DNA from: an uncultured Lachnospiraceae bacterium
GTDB taxonomy: Bacteria > Bacillota > Clostridia > Lachnospirales > Lachnospiraceae
Direction: 5' to 3'
NCBI GenBank assembly: GCA_964566025.1
Contig: CAZMHF010000001.1
Span: 24,310 to 88,309 of the forward strand
DNA length: 64,000 bases
The notes under the pieces were generated by a model. That model was not told the DNA's origin. It ran no database searches and was given only the letters and a program-made list of their open reading frames with translations. Position 1 is the stretch's first letter; the number at the start of each line of letters is the position of its first letter. Shown piece by piece: positions 38,557 to 47,492 of the stretch. The position numbers were made by a program, and so were the translations under genes.

Positions 38557-40025
38557 TTAAAAGCAAACTCTCCTTCACTCATTTTTTGTCCATTTAAAGC
38601 AATTCTATCGTATACGGTAATGCTATAAGGATTCTTGTTTTCAATAATATAAAAACCACCTGTTTGTGCAACCAGAATATTGACGATTCGAAATTGCGTA
38701 AATCCCTTATTTAAAACAAATACACCCTTGAAAGGAGTTTTATCTTTTACTATATGCATAGAATTTAATTCATTAATAACCTTTTCCTCTGTAGATTGTG
38801 TGGCATTTTCAGACTCGATTTTTGAAATAAGCGTTCCTTCTTTTATTTCCCCAGAAGAAATATATACAAATTCATCATCTAAAAATATAATAGGATAGGT
38901 TGTTTTTTCAGGAAGATTATTGTCTGCATTATACGGAATTAATTCGCATGTTGATTTTCCTGTATTAATTGATGCATGTGTTAATGGAATTTTATAAGCA
39001 TCTATATCAATTACAGAACTTTGTGGCACTTTTAATCCTTCAATATAATTTTTTTCGATTCTAAAAGAGGTATAACGCAAATCTTCGAACTGATTTACTC
39101 CAGAATCGAAATGAACGTAGCCTAGAAACACATCTCCCTCTAGTCGTTCGCATTTAAAATCACCTGTAAGAATGATATTTTTTTCGTAAAAATCAATACT
39201 CAGTTTTGTATCGCCGATATGATTTTTATAATCATCTAACGACATAGGAAAGACTAAATCCCACTCATGGCTAGTAAGAATACGATAAATCGGTGTTTGC
39301 GTATCGACGGTAATGCCGTTGTCCAATGTAAACATATTATGCGTCTTAATGAGTTCATTTTTTGCACTCTCTGTAAAATCAAAGGTTAAATACTTTGAGG
39401 GGTTTGTGATAATATCATCAATTGACAATGCTTCATAGTTATCATATGAAAATTTTATAATACCGCTTTTTTCTGATAATACCTCAGAGCAGTTCAATTC
39501 ATTGATCATAGGTTCTAACACATCAAGCATGTATGAATTATAACTATCCATCAATGTGCGCAATAATGAATTCTTGTATGTATACGCATTTTCAAATGAG
39601 GATAATGAAAACTCTGAAACAAAGGAATTTAGGGATGCTTCAAATCGAAGGAAATCATCTTCCGAAAATTCCGTTGGAGCATCAAATCCCTCCATAAGAT
39701 TTCTTAGTGCTCCTGATTCATCGATCATGCAAACGATTTGTGATTTGCTAATGCGCTCAGCTTCTCTTGTGAAATAGGTAACCTCTCCATTGTACGACGA
39801 ATAAATCAATTCTTCATCGCGCAAAATCAAACCAACATATACTTCTGGTGGATAATTGACAGACGGTATCACCTGATAGACAGCTGTATTGATTTCTTTG
39901 TAGGAACGAAAAATATGAACAAGCATAAATATCGTCAAGACAACAAAAACAACAATAACAACTAGCGTTCCGCCTAAATGCCGCCCGCCAAATACATTAT
40001 TGTTGTTATCTCGTTGATTGTTCAC
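38553..40025 (-). CDS. membrane-anchored protein of unknown function (possibly HlyD-like beta-rich ectodomain)
   Basis: GTG start 9 nt after AGGAG. One N-terminal TM helix (LVVIVVFVVLTIFMLV), then about 440 aa with no catalytic motif I recognise. The stop overlaps the yggS start. Confidence 0.45.
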   Translation of the reverse strand: MNNQRDNNNNVFGGRHLGGTLVVIVVFVVLTIFMLVHIFRSYKEINTAVYQVIPSVNYPPEVYVGLILRDEELIYSSYNGEVTYFTREAERISKSQIVCMIDESGALRNLMEGFDAPTEFSEDDFLRFEASLNSFVSEFSLSSFENAYTYKNSLLRTLMDSYNSYMLDVLEPMINELNCSEVLSEKSGIIKFSYDNYEALSIDDIITNPSKYLTFDFTESAKNELIKTHNMFTLDNGITVDTQTPIYRILTSHEWDLVFPMSLDDYKNHIGDTKLSIDFYEKNIILTGDFKCERLEGDVFLGYVHFDSGVNQFEDLRYTSFRIEKNYIEGLKVPQSSVIDIDAYKIPLTHASINTGKSTCELIPYNADNNLPEKTTYPIIFLDDEFVYISSGEIKEGTLISKIESENATQSTEEKVINELNSMHIVKDKTPFKGVFVLNKGFTQFRIVNILVAQTGGFYIIENKNPYSITVYDRIALNGQKMSEGEFAFK

Positions 40026-40141
40026 GTTATATACTCCTATAATTGATAATCAAGTGGACAGTTAAAATCCGCTTCAAGTCTGTATAGCCCTCAAGCTACA
40101 TTTGCTTCAATTAGAAGTCAAGGGATCACTTTGAGGGGTAT

Positions 40142-40180
40142 GATAAAAAGTTGGTCTAGCGCTAAACTAGACCAACTTTG
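40142..40180 (-). terminator. Rho-independent terminator after the mini P-loop gene
   Basis: AAGTTGGTCTAG pairs with CTAGACCAACTT (12-13 bp) around a 7-nt loop, followed by a T-run on the - strand. Confidence 0.7.
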
Positions 40181-40183
40181 AAA

Positions 40184-40603
40184 TTATAAAGCAATAATTA
40201 CTTTTTGTCTGATTGCTTCAGGTAGATCCACGTTGTCAAGCGATATACTTATCGTAAAATCTACATGAAACATGTTTGAAAGCTCTTCTAGTTTTTCGAT
40301 AACAATGGTTATATCGGTATCTTCAAGATGTGCTAGCTTTAAAAAGCTGTCAATATAAATATGTGTAAGGTCATGATCTTGTGAGGTTACACCGCATAAG
40401 AATCCAATAAAGGCATCGCAAGAATCAAGCTTGTAGTCGAATACATTGATCAAACGCACTTTATTGTTTAGTTCGTACATATGCTTCGAGGATTTGTCTA
40501 AATAAACGATAGTTCCTGTAGCATCAACAACTTTTTTGTTTGCCTCATCTAACAAGTATTTTGTTTTACCCTTCCCTTTTCTACCTGATATTAGTTCAAC
40601 CAT
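40184..40603 (-). CDS. small P-loop NTPase-like protein (139 aa)
   Basis: AGGAGG 6 nt before ATG 40603. Walker A GRKGKGKT at residues 6-13 and Walker-B-like THIYIDSF. The ORF-track start at 40636 falls at the predicted transcription start. Confidence 0.6.
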   Translation of the reverse strand: MVELISGRKGKGKTKYLLDEANKKVVDATGTIVYLDKSSKHMYELNNKVRLINVFDYKLDSCDAFIGFLCGVTSQDHDLTHIYIDSFLKLAHLEDTDITIVIEKLEELSNMFHVDFTISISLDNVDLPEAIRQKVIIAL

Positions 40604-40648
40604 ATGATTACCTCCTATTATTATGATATCGAACATTTTCTTATATAA

Positions 40649-40677
40649 ATTATAGTACAGATCACTGCAAAATGCAA
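40649..40677 (-). promoter_or_regulatory. sigma-A promoter of the mini P-loop gene
   Basis: On the - strand: TTGCAT, 17-nt spacer, TATAAT. Confidence 0.6.
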
Positions 40678-40683
40678 TCGTTT

Positions 40684-41700
40684 TTAAGGTGTATTTATGA
40701 ATAACTCTTCTAATAATGCAAAACCTTCTTCGAAGCTTGTCATACCAATTAATATGGCTATATATTGTTGATTAATTTCATTAGCGCCATAGACGATAAT
40801 ATCCGAAATAGACTCCTTTGTGACATCACAATATGTATAAACAGACGATAATGTATTTAATAATAGATCACCTGTTACGTGCGGAAGCTTATTTGTTATG
40901 ACAACATTTGTGACAACTTGACTAGTCTCAATTGTTTCCACATCAATACTTGTATAATAAGTAGGTGTGAATTCATTGATAGCAAGTATTTTCTTAATAG
41001 AATCTGTGGAAAAAACTAATGATATCATTTTTGACAAATCCGTTATTGTTGTATACGAACTTTCAGCCTCTCCCGTTAAATCTTCGAACTTGGTGTTCTT
41101 AATGCCTAATACTTCATTAATATATAAATTCATATATTCAAGAAAATTATACTCTGATCCTGAAATGCTTGCGGCTAATGAAACAGGAATATCTTCATAC
41201 TCATCAAGAAGCATTAGTGTTAAGGCGGTTTCAACCGTTATATATGTATTAACTGGGAAAAAAGTGAGTGATGTTTTCGTATTCTCGCCGATTGGATAGT
41301 TTACAATTTGAACAAAATCACTTGGATTTAGCTTTTCAAGTACCATATACGCAAAAAACAACTTTGTAAATATACCTGGATGAATTTTTTCTAAGTCAGT
41401 GTAATATATATTCGCTTGGTCATCATTATTAGAAGGACTAACAAAAGAAAGAGCATCTACTTGTTCGTAAATAACCGTCTCCATTTCTTCAGGTAATTCA
41501 GGCGTATTATCAGGATTATAAACTCCCGTTAATAATGGATTATTTTGATTCATCTCATCATCACCTATATCAAAATCAAATGGTTTAATCTGTTCTTTCA
41601 TTTGACACGCAGTAAAACTAGGCAGCATACAACAACAAAGAATGAGGGCTATTATTTTTTTATAAAAATTAGTTATTATTGATGTTGAATTTCTCGCCAT
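40684..41700 (-). CDS. lipoprotein related to S11 D-Ala-D-Ala carboxypeptidases with a degenerate active site
   Basis: Lipobox SFTA-C. PGIFTKLFFAYMVLE aligns by eye to the PASxTKxMTAYxVLE SxxK region, and ISGSEYNFLEYMN...LGIKNTKF to the region after SxN. Confidence 0.55.
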   Translation of the reverse strand: MARNSTSIITNFYKKIIALILCCCMLPSFTACQMKEQIKPFDFDIGDDEMNQNNPLLTGVYNPDNTPELPEEMETVIYEQVDALSFVSPSNNDDQANIYYTDLEKIHPGIFTKLFFAYMVLEKLNPSDFVQIVNYPIGENTKTSLTFFPVNTYITVETALTLMLLDEYEDIPVSLAASISGSEYNFLEYMNLYINEVLGIKNTKFEDLTGEAESSYTTITDLSKMISLVFSTDSIKKILAINEFTPTYYTSIDVETIETSQVVTNVVITNKLPHVTGDLLLNTLSSVYTYCDVTKESISDIIVYGANEINQQYIAILIGMTSFEEGFALLEELFINTP

Positions 41701-42074
41701 GCTAAGTCTCCTCTATGTAGTGCTTTTATTAGTATTTCAGCCATTGCAATATTGGTTGCAAGTGGAATGCTATGCAAATCGCATAATCTAAAAATATAAT
41801 CCTCGTCAGGCTCCGTCAGTTTTTTAGAACGAGGATCGCGCAAAAAAATCACTAAGTCTATCTGATTATTTTCAATTTCAGCGCCCAATTGTTTTTCACC
41901 ACCAAGATGACCTGCTAAATATTTATGAACACTTAAATTTGTCACCTTTTCAATACTGTGTCCCGTAGTGGCCGTCGAACAAATCGAATGTTTCGATAAT
42001 ATGTAAAAATAGGCAACACAAAAATTTTGTATTAAATTCTTTTTTGCATCATGTGCAATTAGCGCAATCTTCAT
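41676..42074 (-). CDS. mgsA: methylglyoxal synthase-like protein
   Basis: MKIALIAHDAKK, TTG, LGGE, VIFLRDP and IPLATN match the MGS fold, with conserved rodA-mgsA synteny. Two catalytic positions differ (see findings). Confidence 0.75.
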   Translation of the reverse strand: MKIALIAHDAKKNLIQNFCVAYFYILSKHSICSTATTGHSIEKVTNLSVHKYLAGHLGGEKQLGAEIENNQIDLVIFLRDPRSKKLTEPDEDYIFRLCDLHSIPLATNIAMAEILIKALHRGDLAWREIQHQ

Positions 42075-42085
42075 AATACTCTCCT

Positions 42086-43237
42086 TTACAGATGACGAAA
42101 ATCATCCTTTTGTTTCTTTTTTCGGTGCATTCCAATGTTAAGTACGATTCCAATTAATATATATACACTTAGTAACGAGCTAACACCATAGCTTAAAAAT
42201 GGAAGTGAGATTCCTGTATTAGGCATCAAAAATGTTGCAACAGCAATGTTAATAAACGATTGGAAACCAATTAATGCACCTGCACCAATAGCGTATAGCT
42301 TGCCTACTTGCGAATCTGCTTTTTTGGCAACTAAAAAGCATTCAAATACAATGAGTAGCAATAGCAAAACAACTAGACACGTTCCCATAAAACCAAGTTC
42401 CTCACCAACAATCGCAAATATAAAATCTGTATGCGATTCTGATATGAAATTCCCTGTTTTTACTGATTCGAACGTTGTGTTATTCAAGCCTTTTCCCCAA
42501 AGGCCTCCGCTACCAATTGCAATAAGCGAATTTTCTTGCTGATAAGCACCACTTAGGTATTTTTCAGGATTGATAAACGTTAGAATTCTGTTCTTTTGAT
42601 AAACTTCAAGAAATGTAATTTTATCATAATGATTAAGTAGCATGTAAATAAAAACGGTAAACGCTGGAATTAAGATGCTACTAATAATCGCAATGATTTT
42701 CATGCTGATTCCAGCCATAATAATAATCACAACTAAAACAAAGAGTATAAGCATCGTCGTTGACAAATCTGGCTGCTTATAAATTAAAAACATTGGTGGA
42801 ATTAAAGAAACGCCTAAAAAGCCTAATACAATAGGGGAATTAATTTGATTTTTAAAATGCCCCAATATCACTGCTGTCGTGAAAATGATTGCAATCTTAC
42901 TAAACTCCGAAGGTTGTAATTGACCAATCAAAGGCAGAACGACCCATCGCTGTGCGCCTTTTACATTTTCACCGAATATCTTCACCGCAAGTAATAGTGC
43001 TAAGTTTAGTAGATAAATAAGTGGTGTTATTTTCACTAGAAAATGGTAATCAACAAATGATAAAATCGCCATCAAAAATATACCGACACAAATGCCCATA
43101 ATTTGTTTATTAACAATCCCTGCATAAACAGAGGAGTTTAATGAGGCGCTCCGAATAACTAAAAGGCCTAGAAAACTCAAAATCCCAACATAAATAACAA
43201 TACGAAAATTAAATGTTTTCCACGAATATTTATTCAT
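42086..43237 (-). CDS. rodA: SEDS-family peptidoglycan polymerase RodA
   Basis: Ten-TM FtsW/RodA/SpoVE profile with QPSEF and SESHTDFIFA motifs, inside the mre/pbp2 cluster. Confidence 0.88.
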   Translation of the reverse strand: MNKYSWKTFNFRIVIYVGILSFLGLLVIRSASLNSSVYAGIVNKQIMGICVGIFLMAILSFVDYHFLVKITPLIYLLNLALLLAVKIFGENVKGAQRWVVLPLIGQLQPSEFSKIAIIFTTAVILGHFKNQINSPIVLGFLGVSLIPPMFLIYKQPDLSTTMLILFVLVVIIIMAGISMKIIAIISSILIPAFTVFIYMLLNHYDKITFLEVYQKNRILTFINPEKYLSGAYQQENSLIAIGSGGLWGKGLNNTTFESVKTGNFISESHTDFIFAIVGEELGFMGTCLVVLLLLLIVFECFLVAKKADSQVGKLYAIGAGALIGFQSFINIAVATFLMPNTGISLPFLSYGVSSLLSVYILIGIVLNIGMHRKKKQKDDFRHL

Positions 43238-43258
43238 TTGAGCTCCCTTCCCTTTTTG

Positions 43259-44053
43259 TTATTTGTTTTTACGGTGAAATAGTGTTTTTTTTGTTTTTGT
43301 GAATGGTTCTTTTAGATTTAAGAAAGAAACATCCTCTCCCATTATTCTTTTTGAAATATTCATATAAGCTTGTCCGGAAAATGATTCATCACCAGTTAAA
43401 GGGATACCAGTATTCGCAGCAATCATCATATCATCTTGTTCTAGTAACATACCAATTATTTGAACAGGCAACAATTCTTCTATGTCCTCTATTGAAGTCA
43501 TATAGCCTTTTTTTATCATATCCATGCGTATTCGATTGATTATTAGATCAACAATCTTTATATCGTTTGCTTCTAATAGCCCGATAATACGATCTGCATC
43601 TCTTATGGAAGCATTTTCAGGTGTCATAACAACGATTGCTCTATCCGCCGCTGAAATTGCATTTCGAAAACCTTGCTCTATCCCAGTGGGACAATCAATT
43701 AGAATATAATTAAATCGTTTGCGAAGCTTATTTGTTAGGCGTACCATTTGTTCAGGTGTCACACTAGATTTTTCTCTTGTCTGTGCAGAAGCAAGCAAAC
43801 ATAAATTGGGGTTTTTTTCGTCATAAATCAATGCTTGTTCTAATGAGCAATTGTCCTCAATCACATCAATGACATTATATACAATTTGATTTTCAAACCC
43901 CACAAAAAGGTCCAATTTACGTAGTCCTATGTCCATATCAACTAAAACAACCTTTTGACCTAGTTTCGCCAATCCAGCTCCTATATTAGCAGTTGAGAGT
44001 GTTTTCCCCACACCACCCTTACCTGATGTTATTACAATTACTTCATTTGTCAT
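43259..44053 (-). CDS. minD: septum site-determining ATPase MinD
   Basis: Deviant Walker A SGKGGVGKT, DMDIGLRKLDL, DCPTGIE, basic/amphipathic C-terminal tail. Confidence 0.9.
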   Translation of the reverse strand: MTNEVIVITSGKGGVGKTLSTANIGAGLAKLGQKVVLVDMDIGLRKLDLFVGFENQIVYNVIDVIEDNCSLEQALIYDEKNPNLCLLASAQTREKSSVTPEQMVRLTNKLRKRFNYILIDCPTGIEQGFRNAISAADRAIVVMTPENASIRDADRIIGLLEANDIKIVDLIINRIRMDMIKKGYMTSIEDIEELLPVQIIGMLLEQDDMMIAANTGIPLTGDESFSGQAYMNISKRIMGEDVSFLNLKEPFTKTKKTLFHRKNK

Positions 44054-44082
44054 AATTCCCTCTATAATTCATTCGTTATGGA

Positions 44083-46968
44083 TTAATCATTTACAACAGT
44101 ATCGCTGCCTGATAGCGCATGGTTACTTAATATATCCTCAAGCGTTGTATCTCCATAATAATATTCATATATCTCTTTTGCTAATAAGGCTGTGTTGGCC
44201 GATGTGTAACCATTTCGGATTGTTGTCGTAATGGAAATCTCCGGATCATTTGCTGGCGCATAGCTTACAAAAAGCGCATGATTTGGCCTAGAAAAATCCT
44301 CTTCAGCTGAACCTGTTTTTCCAGCAATTAAAACAGTGGAATCCTTAAAAATATCACGAACCGTACCTTCTGTAATTACACTTTTAGTACTTTCTTGTAC
44401 TTTACTCCATGTCGATTCAGAAATCCCTTGCACTTTTTGACCAACTTGATTATAGCTTTTTACAACGGTACCATCTTGTTGGGTGATTTGATTTAACAAT
44501 GAAAGCGGATATAATGTTCCACCATTTGCAATGGTCGATATATATCGTGCCAATTGAACAGCAGTATAATTGTTTTTTCCTTGTCCAATCGCTGTAACGA
44601 TCGGATATTGAGTTGAAATTTGCGGAACATATTCATTCATTTCTACGCCTGTTAATGAATCAAATCCTAATAATTTTGCGTAATGCGTTAAGTGATCAAT
44701 ACCTAGCTTTTCGTTATAATTACCGTCATTGTCTAAACTCAAGCGATAACCCACTTCATAAAAATAACAATTGCATGAGTTCGCTAATCCGCCCATCATG
44801 GTAAGTAAACCATGCTGACTAGATTCGTAAGCATGAATCCAACACTTGGGTTTATCGCTAACTTTATCAAAGACACCTAAGCATTCTATTTTATCTGTGT
44901 ATGAAACAACGCCTTCTTCTAAACCTGCAATACAAGTTAGCATTTTGTAGGTCGAGCCTGGTGCCGAACGTGCTTGTGTTGCATAATTAAACAGTGGCTT
45001 ACTTTGATCCTCTACTAATTGATTGTAATAAAGAGGGTCAACAGAGCCTGAAAATTTGTTGTTATCATAACTTGGATAAGAGACTAAGGCGAGTACCTTC
45101 CCAGAATTCACTTCTGTTATAACCGTAGAAGCCGAACAAGGATCTAGGGCTAACTGTGCAGGTGTAATTTTGATTTTTTTAACAAGATCTAGCATAAAAT
45201 CAAAACAATCTTCATCAGAAGCATTCTTTATCGAATGATACTGCTTGTTATATTCATTATCCTCATATGTAAGAATATTTTGTGTAAAAAGGACTTGGCA
45301 TATTTCATGTGGCTTAATTAGTCCATCATTAATAATAAATTCAAAAAGTATTTTTGCGAATTTATTATCATTAGCAAGTTTTTGGGTAAGTATCGTTACA
45401 CAAAAATCATATAGCTCATTGCTTTCGATATATTCATCTTCTATTTCTAATGCCGTTGTTATAATCCAACGGTTTTCAATTAGGCCATATAAAAATTCTT
45501 TTATTGAGATAGATTTTTGAGACCATTTTTTAAATAATTCATTCTCTTTATCAATTGATTTTGTGTCAACAATCCCAAAGCCAGTTTCGCTTAATAATTC
45601 TGCATAAATATAATCTGAAATTCGTTTCATTTGTTCTGTTAAATCTTCGTATGGAATCTCTAGATTAAAGCAAATTTTATTTGTTTTTTCAATAATTGTA
45701 GAAAGGTAGTTCTGGTATGTCCGATAAATTGATTGTTCATTCTCATCTGCATCTTCTCGATTAAGCATCTGAATGGATATAATATTATTGTTAAACAACT
45801 GAAAATAGACCTTATTGATTGGAATTAGAATATCACTGCTATCTTCTATCTCGGCTGATGAAAATACGATTTTGTCGGTTAAAATACCAGCTAGGGTTTG
45901 TTCGATCAAATGATACGTAGCGATTTGCAAGTCATGAAGAATCGTTAGTGAGACATCATTTCCGACTTGTGGCTCTTCGCGCTCAATAATTTTGAGCACC
46001 TTACCTGTGCTGTCTTTGTACATAGATTGACTGCCACGCGTCCCGTTTAACTCCAATTCGAGCAATGCTTCTACGCCACTCTTTCCCACAATATCATCTT
46101 GATCATATGTGCTATCTTCTAATTGAAGTTTTGCCAATTCTTCTACGGAAGGTTTTCCAGTATAGCCAATAATTGATGCGAAATAAGAGCCTTCAGGATA
46201 TGTTCGAATATAAGATTCTGTAATATCTAATCCCTTAAATGCAGATAATGTTTCGGTTAATGTTGCAAGAGAAGTTTCTTTTATATTAGAAACAATGGTA
46301 ATTGACTTGTATTTTTGATATTCCTTTTCCTTAAGCGCCCATCGTATATTGACGATTCGGAGTGTATCAAATGCATTTGGCTCTATTAATTCGCCCTGTT
46401 CATCTTTCCACGTATCAAAACGAAACAATTTTTTTAATTTTGTGATGGTCTCTTCTGGTGTAATACTTGATGGATATTTTCCGTTCGCATCATCCAAATC
46501 ATTTGTTGATTTTAAGCCATATAAATCACGCAAAAAACGTTTTTTAGTCGTTTCTGAATTAAACGAAAACCCATCACTTTCAGAATATGTAATAGGGATA
46601 ACTAAATCAATGTCTTCTTCTAATGTATCAAGCAATTGAATTAGTGAATAAATCATTTCATTTTTTTGAGCATGCTTTGGATAGGCACCAATATCATTAA
46701 GTGTCACCGCATAGGTTAATATATTGTAGGCCAATAGCACACCGTTTTTATCATAAATATTCCCTCTTGAACGAGGTAAGGAAATCGTAGCAAAGGATTT
46801 TTGCTCATATTCTGATGCATACATATTTTGTTTAATGATTTGTAGGTCATATAACCGAGCGATTAAGATTGAAAATAACACAACAAAAAGAACGCTTATA
46901 TAAAAGAAGCGTGATAGAAGTGCTTTTTTAAGTTGTTCAAAAACAAAATCTTTTAATTCTCTAAACAA
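44083..46968 (-). CDS. mrdA: penicillin-binding protein 2 (class B transpeptidase), 961 aa
   Basis: N-terminal TM helix. SxxK = STYK (residue 672), SxN = SCN, KTG = KTGS. Located between mreD and rodA. Confidence 0.9.
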   Translation of the reverse strand: MFRELKDFVFEQLKKALLSRFFYISVLFVVLFSILIARLYDLQIIKQNMYASEYEQKSFATISLPRSRGNIYDKNGVLLAYNILTYAVTLNDIGAYPKHAQKNEMIYSLIQLLDTLEEDIDLVIPITYSESDGFSFNSETTKKRFLRDLYGLKSTNDLDDANGKYPSSITPEETITKLKKLFRFDTWKDEQGELIEPNAFDTLRIVNIRWALKEKEYQKYKSITIVSNIKETSLATLTETLSAFKGLDITESYIRTYPEGSYFASIIGYTGKPSVEELAKLQLEDSTYDQDDIVGKSGVEALLELELNGTRGSQSMYKDSTGKVLKIIEREEPQVGNDVSLTILHDLQIATYHLIEQTLAGILTDKIVFSSAEIEDSSDILIPINKVYFQLFNNNIISIQMLNREDADENEQSIYRTYQNYLSTIIEKTNKICFNLEIPYEDLTEQMKRISDYIYAELLSETGFGIVDTKSIDKENELFKKWSQKSISIKEFLYGLIENRWIITTALEIEDEYIESNELYDFCVTILTQKLANDNKFAKILFEFIINDGLIKPHEICQVLFTQNILTYEDNEYNKQYHSIKNASDEDCFDFMLDLVKKIKITPAQLALDPCSASTVITEVNSGKVLALVSYPSYDNNKFSGSVDPLYYNQLVEDQSKPLFNYATQARSAPGSTYKMLTCIAGLEEGVVSYTDKIECLGVFDKVSDKPKCWIHAYESSQHGLLTMMGGLANSCNCYFYEVGYRLSLDNDGNYNEKLGIDHLTHYAKLLGFDSLTGVEMNEYVPQISTQYPIVTAIGQGKNNYTAVQLARYISTIANGGTLYPLSLLNQITQQDGTVVKSYNQVGQKVQGISESTWSKVQESTKSVITEGTVRDIFKDSTVLIAGKTGSAEEDFSRPNHALFVSYAPANDPEISITTTIRNGYTSANTALLAKEIYEYYYGDTTLEDILSNHALSGSDTVVND

Positions 46969-47479
46969 ACTTTAACTCCCTTCGCTTTTCGTTTTCCTCA
47001 ATCTTATCATTTATCTTATATAATATAATAAAATAAAACAAAGCAACTATTATAGTAATCGTTATTTCTGGTAATACGATTGTGTTGAAATAATATACAA
47101 AATTAATTCTTCCTCGCAAGAAAAAGCTAAAGAAGAAAATATAAAAATTATAAAACAACTCACTGATAATCGTAAAAATAATTGGAATATAAGGAACATC
47201 GACCGTAATACGTTGATTAAATAATCCCGTAAAATATCCCATATACATATATATTAATGTGTAAAAGCCAAACGTGTTTGATGAAAACAAATCTAAAAAC
47301 ATGCCACATGCTAAACCTGTCATAAGGCCATTATAAGAACCTCTTAGTAGTGCCATCGAAAAGCAAACAATAAGCAATAAATTAGGCACAACTTCAACAA
47401 AATCTAAACTTGGTAAAAGAGTTACCTGTAGTAAATAGGTTATGAAAATAATGATACCCGTACTAATAACTCTTAACAT
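46961..47479 (-). CDS. mreD: rod shape-determining protein MreD
   Basis: 172-aa polytopic membrane protein immediately after mreC. Confidence 0.85.
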   Translation of the reverse strand: MLRVISTGIIIFITYLLQVTLLPSLDFVEVVPNLLLIVCFSMALLRGSYNGLMTGLACGMFLDLFSSNTFGFYTLIYMYMGYFTGLFNQRITVDVPYIPIIFTIISELFYNFYIFFFSFFLRGRINFVYYFNTIVLPEITITIIVALFYFIILYKINDKIEENEKRRELKFV

Positions 47480-47492
47480 CTCTCTTACCCTT

